A DNA stretch of 64,000 nucleotides, from contig OZ076412.1 in assembly GCA_964187785.1 (NCBI GenBank), positions 41,602,001 to 41,666,000 of the forward strand, written 5' to 3'. This stretch comes from Amphiscolops sp. MND2022 (lineage: Eukaryota). The position numbers were made by a program, and so were the translations under genes. Below, one piece after another: positions 53,000 to 64,000 of this stretch (positions are counted from its first letter, which is position 1; every line of letters starts with the position of its first letter). The notes below the pieces were generated by a model. That model was not told the origin of the DNA. It made no database searches and saw nothing but the letters and a program-made list of their open reading frames with translations.

Positions 53000-54900
53000 T
53001 TTCACCAGAAGTGTCAAAAATTGCAAATAGTTTTGACAACTTTAGGGTCAATTTGAGGAACTTTTCGAACATGAATCTACAGATGTCTCTTCATAAATAA
53101 GCCTACTGGACACCGAGTTTAGCTGTTATTGAATTTTTACACCATTCTAACCCACGAGTAGCTCGAAACATCTTTCTTAGGAAGATGTACTCCATATCTA
53201 GTGAATTTGCTTGGAGGTTTTTGAATGACAAATATTGGACAAATGAGGTTGAAATTTACGTTTTCAAGAAAAGTATTTGAAAGTTGTGCAAATAAACTTG
53301 TCTGATATCTTTTCGGAACACTACCGGTAGCTAGACGTTTTAATCCTGAGCCTATGATATTTCTGATTGAAGTAAGTTTTAGGAAAGTGTCCAAAATTGG
53401 GACTATATTGTCGAAAATAAAGAAAGTTCGGAAACTTTGACATCTTTGCTGTAAACTCGGTGAACTTCATGCCCATTTTCCCCACAATTGCGTTTTGAAT
53501 ACCTTATTGTTTAAACGCTGAGGTCATTGAAATTTCTCTTCCTTAAAAACTTTCATGGCTTGAACAAAAATGGGATTAGTTTGTCAAACATTGTGCTTTT
53601 TTGTTGTTTCATGGATTTTTGGGTGTTTTTGAGACCAATTCCAACAAAAAATGCAGTTATCTCTTGAAAATTGCCTACTGGAGATACCCGGATTAGTTAG
53701 TGTTGAGTGTTTAAAACCATTTTATGCAAGGAAGTAGGTCAAAAAAACAACAAAAAACTGCTTGAAAATGTAAAAAAATCTTGAAAATTTTCAGTTTTTC
53801 CAAAATATTCAGTTTTCCAAGGCTCACCGAAACAACAAGTTTGCCCACGCCTTAAGCGTTTAAACACTGTAGTCCACGAAGTCTATCGATATTTCGACAA
53901 AAAGTGGAAAAAAAGGAATTTGATAATTTTTCGAAATTTTGTCTTTTTCGATCTCGATTCCGGACAATTTCCTATTGAAAAACTGTATTTATCTCTTTTC
54001 TAAGCATATTAGACAACACTTATTTTCCTTGTTGACCCTTTTCAACGTTCCAATTGGCGAAGTCTGTCAAAAATTCGGAAAAAATGCATGAAATCTTTGA
54101 AAATTGGAAATTTTTGGGATTTTTGTCATTTTCGGTGTCGATTAGAGACATTTTCAATTAGAATATTGCAATTATGTCTTCATTAAAGACTACGGGACGT
54201 ACCAATTTTTTTCATTGTTGACCCTTCAAAACATTCCAATCCACGAAGTCTGTGAAACTTTAACAAAAAAGGCATAAAACTTTACTTTGAAAGTTGGAAA
54301 ATTTTGTGTTTTTTGTCAATTTCGGTGTCAATTTGAGACATTTTCATTTAGAAAAATGCAATAAACTCTTAAAAATGGTCACTGGACAACCAACGTTTTC
54401 CTTGTTGACCCTTTAAAACAGTCCAATCCACGAAGTCTCCAAAATTTGACGAGAAATGCGTAGAAACTTTGAAAAATGGAAAATTTAGGGACTTTTGTCA
54501 TTTTCGCTGTCAATTTGAGACTTTTTTCAGTAAAAAAACAGCCATTATCTCTTCGGAAACGCCTACTGGACAACAAACTATGTACCATGTTGATCGTTTT
54601 CAACATTCTAGTCCACGAATTCTATCGAAAATTTGACAAAAACTGCTTAAAAACGTTTAAAATCTGGAAATTTTTGGTTTTCTTTGTCATTTTTGGGTCT
54701 TTTTCTCTCCAAAAAACCGCATTTATCTCTTCATAAACGACTACTGGACAACGAGTTTTTGTCTTCGTGAATCTTTTCAACATTCTAATCCACGACATTT
54801 ATCGGAAACTCGACAAAAATTGCATTAAAACGTAAAAAAATGCAAATTTTCTTTTTTTGAGGTCATTTTTAAGTTATTTTGGGGTCATTCTCGGGTCCTT
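53000..54900 (+). repeat. Diverged tandem satellite, monomer of about 185 bp
   Basis: TTGACCC-type unit starts at about 54032, 54217, 54404, 54590 and 54769, with recurring TCCACGAAGTC and CTACTGGAC. More degenerate units extend back to about 53000. Confidence 0.8.
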
Positions 54901-55474
54901 GGGGTCAACTAAAAAAGTCCGGAAATCTCCACAAATACAATTCGCACGAAGCTAAATTTATGTGAGCTGAATTCTATGGGTGAAACCCTTTAGCTCTGAT
55001 ATAAATAAATTCTTGTCAAATTTTGTAAAAAAAACCCGTTCGATTTAAGTATTTTCCTTTCCCATATGAAATATGGGCGGAAAATAACAAAGACACTGTT
55101 CGAAACCGAAAGCTAAGGTGCTGATCCACGATTTGAAAAAGACAGTTCTACCCCCGGTAACTTGTTCTTTTTTGTCCTGGATAATGCACTAATAGAATGT
55201 GAGAATATGATAAATTTAGAAAAGTAGCCTTTGTTCACACTTCTACTGTTTTATATCTTTATACGTCAGATGAGAAGTATTTCTCAATGAAAGTTGTGTG
55301 GCAATGAAAAGAGGAAGATTTTCCATAATTTTCTGCCGTATTTCATGTACCGAAGGTAAAGTAAAGCATTCAATGAAAACCAGTGTTACTGCAAAACCGC
55401 TACTGCAGATTTTCACAACTGCCGCACAATTGTACAGTTATATGATCTTACAGGCAGGAGTTCGAGATTGAACC

Positions 55475-56736
55475 TGTCGTAACTCTGTAGAGTATTATCC
55501 GTGATCTCGACCAGAGTTACAATGATTAAAATGCATTTTAAGCAGGCTTCGCGTCCTATTCGGCTTCGGGATTCCAGTGTAGTCCCACGGACTGAAGGTC
55601 CACTTTCGTGCTAAATCCTGCTTTGAGCGCTCCCAGGCTAACGTGTGTTTGCGGAATGATTTTCTCATCACATGCAGGATAAATTGTACTCATATTCAGA
55701 GTATATGAAGTTTTCCAGCGTTCTTTTTACTAATTTTACATTATAAGAGTTCATCATTGTTCAAAATTCCTACATTTGAATTTCAGCTTTCTTGGCGCCC
55801 ACCGGACAATAGGTCCGCTTGCGAATCATTTGCTAGAGTGTTGAGAGTTGGTTCAATTACCAAGTTCATCGTCAATTAAGTTACTACTTCGGTGAGGCTC
55901 ATTAGACCGCAGGTCCATTTCTACATTTTCTCAACCGAGTTGTTTTCCAACTCATTCCTTCCGTAGTTTCTTAAGATAACATTCGTATCTTCTAATTCTG
56001 ACATTAGGTCACGTTTCCTCAATTTTCCATTTTCCAGTTGAAAGCTGTCTAAAAAGATAACTATCTTCAAGAGTAAATTTGGTCTTCAACGAAACAAAAT
56101 AGTTAGAGGTTACCAAGTTATCAAATGAAAAGTGAAAGCAGTAGTAACAATATAATGAATGGTTGATACAAAGGTAGTAATCTTCTGTGTCTTGTGGACT
56201 CAGCGTCTGTCTACATATACTTTAAAGTGCATGACAACCAATTTCTTGATAGTCATCGTGATAAAAATAGCATCAACATGGCATCATTGTTACGTCATGT
56301 CTAAATAGAGTTAAAAATAGCACCAGTATCAACATCAAAAGAAAGACCTAGAAACAACAGCAAGGGAGAAAGGCTTGTTACTTTGGACTAACAGTTCGGA
56401 TTTGTTTACTTTACTTGAAGTGAATGAGACATCAAAGAGCGAACTAAAACATCATAGTGGACCGACGGTCCGTTTGACTACAGCAGTAAGACTAGCAGCG
56501 CTGTGATTGGTTAGTAATTGAAAATTAATAATTCAAATATAGCATCTACATCTTGAAAGCTTGATGTATATATAATCAATGTTTGCTGTCGCCACGTGGA
56601 CCGAAGGTCCGATCAAAAAGCAAAAATGAAGTATCTACAACGTAAAAATGCGATGTATGTAATCAAAGTTTGCTGTCGCCGCGTGGACCGAAGGTCCATT
56701 TAGACAGATATATATCGCAGGGGGCAGCCTGCGACA
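55475..56736 (-). repeat. 3' LTR (1262 bp)
   Basis: Direct repeat of 59546-60805, with about 45 substitutions and one 2-bp indel counted by eye (about 96% identity). Confidence 0.95.
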
Positions 56737-56749
56737 GTCCCTTCGGTTC
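56737..56749 (-). promoter_or_regulatory. Short polypurine tract
   Basis: Minus strand GAACCGAAGGGAC immediately before the 3' LTR TG. Confidence 0.5.
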
Positions 56750-59530
56750 AAATCGAAATCGTCTAGTCCGCATCCAAGTCTTGGTTATTATTAAATCTCC
56801 ATCCGTACACGATGCGATAAGTTTTTAACATCAATCTCTCAACTTCTTGAAGTTTGTAATTAGGTCTGCATGTCCGCTCGAAGTTGTTTCCCTCCCATCA
56901 CAACTTATTTTCAATCAAGACGTTTCACCAAAGACTCTCGGTCCACATGGCTACACACGAGGAATTGGCCAATCACGTCCCGTTGATAGATGAGTGAGTA
57001 AATCTTGTAGATAAATGAAAGAATAAGGTGAAAATTGATGATATATGATAGTAAAATGTCGATGAAATATAAGACAATGTAATCAAATAAAAGTCCTGTG
57101 TAAATCGCTTGCAGGCTCCATGACACAAGAAAATAATTATAATCCGGTAAAAATGAAGTAGATTGTATTTGCAGGTAGGTGAGTGTAGTCAACGGTCCAG
57201 GTAGTCCATTGAAAGTATTGCTATTCAGTACAGTTTGTTAACATTGAATTTTACGCCCTTTTTCAATTGACTGTATGACACCTTTACAATTCTTGGTTCA
57301 TTCCCAAATGAATAAAATGCATTGGGACTTTACGTCTATTTGGCGTCAGCCTTTTACTGAGATTGCTCAACATTCTCAACTCAACTTGTTCACGTGATCT
57401 GTCGTCAAGCGATGAGTCCTCTTCTACACTATAGGTTGCTCCATTTAAACAGGCAAATAACCATTTTTTATTCCCTTTTTAATTTATACCATCATATCCC
57501 AGTGTCAGGCATTGTCCAATTTGTGACGCACATTCATCTGGGCGAAAACAGCTGTTAATACTTTTCTTTTCTCTCGCCGGACTTTGCACCCATTGCGACC
57601 TCCAGTCTAACAGACGTCAGTTTGATTTTTTTCTTCAGCAATCACACGTTTGACTTGTTCCACCACCAGATAGTACTTTGGAAGACTGTTTGAACCAGTT
57701 TTCTTTGTCAGAAGTTTTCGATTTCCGCTCTTCCGTCTTGGAAGTAACGTCAGGTTGGTTCTTTAAGGTGTCAATTTCGAACTTGATCAGGGCTTCTCAT
57801 TGACTAATTTACTTTCTCCATCGTAAAATGTGTTAACTAAGTGTAAACATTGTGTTAGAACTTGCTTTCGAAAGTCTTTAAACTGCGGTGAGATGGAATA
57901 TTTTTCAGGAAGTGACCCGCGTAATTTTGTTTCTATCCTTTCAGGAAAAGAAATCAACGGCCAACCAACTTCTGAGATAAAAGAACAAATTGATTTTTGC
58001 ATTCTGGTAACAGTCGCTTCTGTGAGCATTTCCGATACTGAGCTGAACTATTGTCATGTGGACTTTACGTCCGTTGAGCCTCAGCACTTGTTTGGTACTT
58101 TTTTGACCACTGGTTGTAGTGGACCCGCAGAGAGTGGTGGGACTGGTCTAACTTAGAATAAATATTTTTTGATTGACATCAACCTGCAGGAGTGTGAAAA
58201 CAAGTTTCAGTTGTGTCTATTTGATTGAAGCCACTGAAATTCTAAGTACTTTCAAATTGAAGGAAGGATCAAGGTGTTTTTGTCTGATGCGGAAGTATTG
58301 AAAGTTGCAAATGAGTTGCTGATACTTCGGGCACGATAGTATCTCCCCCTCCTGACGATTTTTGATTACCTAGGCGAGAGTCCGTGTAGTCCGAGGGTGT
58401 GTCTTCGCTAGGATCTGAATCGACTTTTTTCTCTAGCCCAGTGGACAGAAGGTCCGTCGGTATAAATTTGATCCTGCTGTCTATCGTCATAGGAACTAGT
58501 TCTTGTGTGCCGTGGCGTGTTAATGATGTAATGACAAACATGACTGCCACTGTTGCAATCGCAGTGACTCTTGGTCGAGTTTTGTCGATTGCGTTTTCTG
58601 ATTGACCCTGGATCAGTGAATAAGAGGGATCACATCAAAACCATTTCACAGATGCGTAGATGCTGTGGTAAGGTCAATGAAAGCTACATACTGCTCTCGT
58701 CCTAATGACGCAAATGTCAGAATAATTGAAACATGTGAACATGAAGAAACACTCTCGTTACTTAGACGTAAGGTCAACAAAACTCATTTGAAAAATGTGA
58801 TGGTGATATGAAGAAAGCTGTTTGTGCATGAACGTAAAGTGGACGTAAGCCAAACTAGGTCAAGAAAAGGAGGAAAGGCTCGAAACTGGCGTCATTTTAG
58901 AGTGAAAGGCAACGTTTTCAATTGTAAATGTTTCAATGTTCCATTTAGTCACTGAGCCCGGAACGCAAATCTTGCAGCACTAAGTGGATTTATCATGTGT
59001 TTGACATATAAGTGCAGAACTGCATTAATAATAAAATTAAGCTCCGTAGCACACTACTTTGCACGCAATACAACATCACTCAATCGCTAAAAGACGGGCC
59101 AACTTCCGCCGGTGAGTTTGAATCGAAATATTTTACTGTAGCCCGGTGGACGTATGGTCCAAAGATTTACTTCGCGCCTGTTATATTTCCAGCTGCCGTC
59201 GAAGCGACGTAAGGTTCAGCTAATTTCACAAACTTCAGACTTAACGCAATTAAGCGCAAGCACAAAGTTGACAAATGCGTCCAATATTTCGGATCTAGAC
59301 TTTTCAGCATTGATAGCAAACAATATATTACTACATTCTTGGTTGTTTGCTTGACGTTGCGGTCAATGTTTAGACGAAGTTGAATAATGAAATATTAGAT
59401 CTTGAAATTCAACCAAATTAGACCTGGGGAACCGCTGGCTGGTTAAGATAAATTCGAAATTTTCGCTGGGGCCATAGGGGATTGTGTGGGCCGTTCGGTC
59501 AGGAACTCAGGAACCATATGAGGGTAAGTT

Positions 59531-59545
59531 GGGCTCCTGTCACCA
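59531..59545 (-). promoter_or_regulatory. Primer binding site, tRNA-Leu-like
   Basis: Minus strand TGGTGACAGGAGCCC directly after the LTR CA; compare the canonical Leu PBS TGGTGTCAGGAG. Confidence 0.65.
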
Positions 59546-60805
59546 TGTCGTAACTCTGTAGAGTTTTATCCGTGATCTCGACCAGAGTTACAATGATTAA
59601 AATGCATTTTAAACAGTCTTCGCGTCCTTTTCGTCTTCGGGATTCCAGTGTAGTCCCACGGACTGAAGGTCCACTTTTGTGCTAAATCCCGCTTTGAGCG
59701 CTCCCAGGCTAACGTGTGTTTGCGGAATGATTTTCTCATCACACGCAGGATATACTGTCCTCATATTCAGAGTATATGAAGTTTTCCAGCGTTCTTTTTA
59801 CTAATTTTACATTATAAGAGTTCGTCATTGTTCAAAATTCCTCCATTTGAATTTCAGTTTTCTTGGCGCCCACCGGACAACAGGTCCGCTTGCGAATCAT
59901 TTGCTAGAGTGTTGAGAGTTGGTTCAATTACCAAGTTCATCGTCAATTAAGTTACTACTTCGGTGAGGCTCATTAGACCGCAGGTCCATTTCTACATTTT
60001 CTCAACCGAGTTGTTTTCCAACTCATTCCTTCCGTAGTTTCTTAAGATAACATTCGTATCTTCTAATTCTGACATTAGGTCACGTTTCCTTAAATTTCCA
60101 TTTTCCAGTTGAAAGCTATCTAAAAAGGAAACTATCTTCAAGAGTAAATTTGGTCTTCAACGAAACAAAATAATTAAAGGTTACCAAGTTATCAATTGAA
60201 AAGTGAAAGCAGTAGTAACAATATAATGAACAGTTGATACAAAAGTAGTATTCTTCTGTGTCTCGTGGACTCAGCGTCCGTCTATATATTCTTTAAAGTG
60301 CATGACACCCAATTTCTTGATAGTCATCGTGATAAAAATAGCATCAACATGGCATCATTGTTACGTCATGTCTAAATAGAGTTAAAAGTAGCATCAGTAT
60401 GAACATCAAAAGAAAGACCTAGAAACGACAGCAAGTGAGAAAGGCTTGTTACTTTGGACTAACAGTTCGGATTTGTTTACTTTACTTGAAGTGAAAAAGA
60501 CATCAAAGAGCGAACTAAAACAGCATAGTGGACCGACGGTCCGTTTGACTATAGCAGTAAGACTAGCAGCGCTGTGATTGGTCAGTAATTGAAAATTAAT
60601 AATTCAAATGTAGTATCTACATCTTGAAAGCTTGATATATATAATCAATGTTTGCTGTCGCCACGTGGACCGAAGGTCCGATCAAAAAGCAAAAATGAAG
60701 TATCTACAACGTAAAAATGCGATGTATGTAATCAAAGTTTGCTGTCGCCGCGTGGACCGAAGGTCCATTTAGACAGATAAATATCGCAGGGGGCAGCCTG
60801 CGACA
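59546..60805 (-). repeat. 5' LTR (1260 bp)
   Basis: Direct repeat of 55475-56736. Confidence 0.95.
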
Positions 60806-61019
60806 GAACCTGGTCGGTGTCAATGTATTCATCGTCTCATTCAATTTCACGGATTTTTTCAATCCCCACTCAAAGAGAACATTTAAACCCCCCCCCTCAC
60901 TAAAAAAGAACCGAAAGTTAACTTTAATGGATTTAAGATTGACGGTTAAACATACAAAACTTCACAGTTATTGATCACAGATTAGGCCCAACTTTTATAA
61001 AGCTCAAAAGATACCTTAA

Positions 61020-61557
61020 ATGAAAAATGCCCGACTCTTACAGTGACTTTTTTCTTCAGACCACAGACCTCACACGGAAAGGTCCATTTTTTACAGAAAC
61101 TACCAAAACTACTAAAGCCAAGTCCGGCCATCGGAAACTTAGTGCAAAGGGTTCCCTTTCATTTTTTACTATTTTAACCTACAAAACCGGACGAGTCTAA
61201 AGGGTCCCGCCTTTCAATTTTTTTTCGGCACTGTGCAACTTTTTTTGAAACATTTTTTATATCTCCAAAGGGTTCCACCTTCGAGTTCTTTGATTTTGCA
61301 ACAGGATGTATGTAATTAAATTGCAAAGGGCCCTTTTACATTTTTTGGCACTATGTGACATTTTCCGAAAGAAAAACATTTGAAGTTTTTTTCAAAAAAA
61401 AATCTTTTTTTTTTGTTCCCAGTTAGGTAAAGGTGGTTTCCGAGTTTTATCGAGCACGAAAGGTACTCTTCAAATGAATACGACCTGCGCAAATTTAAAA
61501 ACTTTGCGCTTTTTGAGCCTTAGCTATAGCGCCAACTTTGGACGTTCTCGCTTTGTT
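61020..61557 (+). mobile_element. HINE-like family copy
   Basis: Family body motifs (cggcactgtgc, aagggtccc) and 3' end atagcgccaactttggacgttctcgctttgtt. Confidence 0.55.
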
Positions 61558-61803
61558 TATTACTAACAGTTTGATACATACTGAAAGATAACGGCTCTTC
61601 TATTTATGAATGGAACTATTTTATGTCAGAATTATACATTTCAGCAATTCGAACTGGAAACAAAACCTATAAATCTCAATTTTTCTTCGAAAACTGAAGG
61701 CGGAGGCGGGGTTGGAAACAGGAAACAGGCAATTTCACCACCGCACTTTCTTTTGTCGAGATTGCTGAAAATTATTAAATGCTGCAGGATTACATGCCGG
61801 GTG

Positions 61804-62065
61804 TTTTTAGTCGGTGCTCTTCTTGAGAAACGTGCCCTACTGTTACAGTGGCTAGTTTTTAGTCGGCGCCTTTTCCCTTTTAAAGTTCGGATATAACGTT
61901 TTCAAAAATCGGATATAACCTTTTCAAAGTTCGAATAGACCGTTTTCGAAGTTCGAACATAACGTTTTCATTTGTTCCCCGATTTTTTTCAATTTTTTCC
62001 TCGAAATTTCACATAATTCATTGAGCCTCAGATATGGCGCTGACTTGGGCCGTTCTCGGATTGTT
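61804..62065 (+). mobile_element. Short HINE-like copy with duplicated 5' end and an internal 22-bp minisatellite
   Basis: TTTTTAGTCGG(T/C)GC occurs twice, AAAGTTCGGATATAACGTTTTC occurs four times (61882-61969), and the 3' end is GGCGCTGACTTGGGCCGTTCTCGGATTGTT. Confidence 0.6.
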
Positions 62066-64000
62066 TTTTTTTGTCAGATCGTAGAGCTCACCCTGTATGT
62101 AACTCTTTTTGGCTCTTTTTCCTTTCCCCATTTTCACAGTCCGCGCACGGCCGGGAATGTGGCTGCTGGAGAATAGGAAGTATCACGGGGCACGGATAAG
62201 CTACAAAACTAGTAAGATCATATTACTGTTCAACGTGATTGAGAATATAGATAAACCTTGATTGATCTAAAACATTCAAGATTAAAAATGAAAATGAATG
62301 CCAAAACTGACAAAACAAAATGAGTTCACGCATTCCGGCCAAGACGTTTGAGTTACGCCAGAAATAAGAAAAATTCCACCTGAAATCTTAATTGAAACAT
62401 ACATTTTGAAAATGAGCAGAACCAAACAAACCAAACATTGGAATTACATCAAAGAGCAGACATTAAATCAAGCAGTTAGTGCGAGTTAGGACAATGGAAG
62501 GTCGTTAAGTAACCAAACATAGGTGCGATGGCTTAAATTACTGTATGCGTGACGTCAAAGCCGCCTAGATCATTTCAGAAGATATATCTATGACGTCACA
62601 GTCTCGGGAAAGCGAAGCTAGAGATTTCAAATTTCCGTCGTTGCTACATTACAATTATAGCAGCTAGCTGATGCTCACTCGAATTTTCGTCAGCACTACG
62701 TGAGTAGTGGAGGCTAGCTAAGCTTGGTCTCAAATTTGCGTCAACACTACGTCGCAAATTCATGAGAATTGGGCGATTATGCTGGTAGTTAGTTTTAAGT
62801 GAGCGCTACGTCAACTAGTGATCAAAGTGCGAAGAAACCACGTTTTTACGTCTCACTTGGGCTGATTAAACATGGATCGCTCCGAAATAGAGGATTTAGG
62901 CTAATTTCTATCCGTTAACCTTAAAGGAGTATGTTTTTGATCAGTTTCAAATAAATCAGTCGCGTTTTATTGTTGTGCTGTTTCATTCCAAATGGACTCA
63001 GAACAAAATTGATAGACATGTAATAGGACATTTCGTAATAAACATTATCAACTTATGCGCGGGTTGAACTCAGACGCTGTTCGTTACCAACAAAAAAAGG
63101 ATTTCAATGGGCGTTTGAATGATACTTGCTAGCTGTTATTAACTTGTATAACCTGGTTGAATGTTTGACACCAACGCGTCGGTAATTATTTCATTTCTAT
63201 TTGCCCTTTACACTGTTTTAAAAGATGAATATTAATTAACTAAAGTAATCAAGTAATTACATAAAAGAGTCAATTAGTGGAATGAATGCACGCGTCAAAT
63301 AACTTTAAGTGGGAGGAACTGGGAAGAGGTTTGGCAGAATTTGGAAAAAAAGCAAAACAGAACTTGATATTCCCCCTCCAATATATGTGGCGGAAAATAA
63401 GAATTATGTTACCTTGTTGAGTCTTACCTGGTGAGAATATGCATAATCAACGCTGAATCTTCATGACTGGTACTTTATAACTGTATGAAGTTTATGATTT
63501 ATAAGTTGAAAGTCAAAATTGTTTGTGCGTTTTGGATTTTTGACGTTATCACGTCGTTAACTAATGTATTAACAAACGGAGAATTTCACCAATTAAAGCA
63601 GTTAGGTTTTCGTCGAACTGCTGAATTTTCCCCTCTTAGCATCATACAAAAGACGAATTCTAAAAGTCAGCTATGACTTGTTGAAAGTCGAATTTAAAAA
63701 TTATTTGTTCACGCCAGCGCAATTCCCCGCAATTTCAAGCAAAAAGTAGGAAATCTCAATGAAAAGTTGAAGAGCAATTTCTGTTTTCTCAAGATAACGT
63801 AAACTCTACTTATCACTTGGGAGAATTGAAAAAGACAGCGGAATGATTTAATATGAACACGGGCGATGACTAACACCAGCTAAACTATGGAAGTATTTGA
63901 CGAAGTGAGGACGCAATTCAGTTTCGTGATGGGAATTTTGTCGTAACAAATAAGGAATGACTAGTATTTCGAAGGAAAATTAGGGACACGAATATGAACA

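Larger units (their letters stand above)
55475..60805 (-). mobile_element. Non-autonomous LTR retrotransposon (LARD-like, Gypsy-derived), 5331 bp
   Basis: Two LTRs with TGTCG...CGACA ends, 5-bp TSD GAACC (55470-55474 and 60806-60810), and PBS and PPT on the minus strand. The 2.8-kb interior has no ORF over about 110 aa. Confidence 0.92.

Noticed and set aside
61882-61969. CRISPR-like arrays (22-bp, 17-bp and 185-bp repeats)
   Set aside because: The repeats are head-to-tail without unique spacers, there are no cas genes, and the context is eukaryotic.

Overview
This is AT-rich, repeat-dominated eukaryotic DNA, not prokaryotic. The repeat and ORF style recalls acoel flatworm assemblies, but that is a tentative impression. 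I can support no intact host gene, rRNA, tRNA gene or CRISPR array. The window is a transposon mosaic. (1) A Mag-like Ty3/Gypsy element (43124-48263, 5-bp TSD GTTCT) has a gag-pol of about 1,630 aa broken by one stop and one frameshift. Its 3' LTR is reduced to 13 bp, and it is nested inside a TA-flanked CCC...GGG MITE. (2) A non-autonomous LTR element (55475-60805, minus strand, TSD GAACC) has LTRs of about 1.26 kb and about 96% identity. The LTRs carry a decayed reading frame that runs through the LTR end and PBS into a gag-like start. Two relatives of that frame lie at about 2.7 kb and 40.5 kb. (3) A full-length Merlin (IS1595/ISXO2-like) DNA transposon (18784-20014) has 25-bp TIRs and an 8-bp TSD. 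A 472-bp related MITE lies at 11081-11552. (4) TSD-delimited MITEs of Tc1/mariner, hAT, MULE and CMC/EnSpm type are present. (5) A high-copy Helentron-like (HINE-type) family is present, and some copies carry a tRNA-derived A/B-box module. (6) There is also a perfect 194-bp palindrome and a diverged satellite of about 185 bp. All alignments and counts were done by eye.
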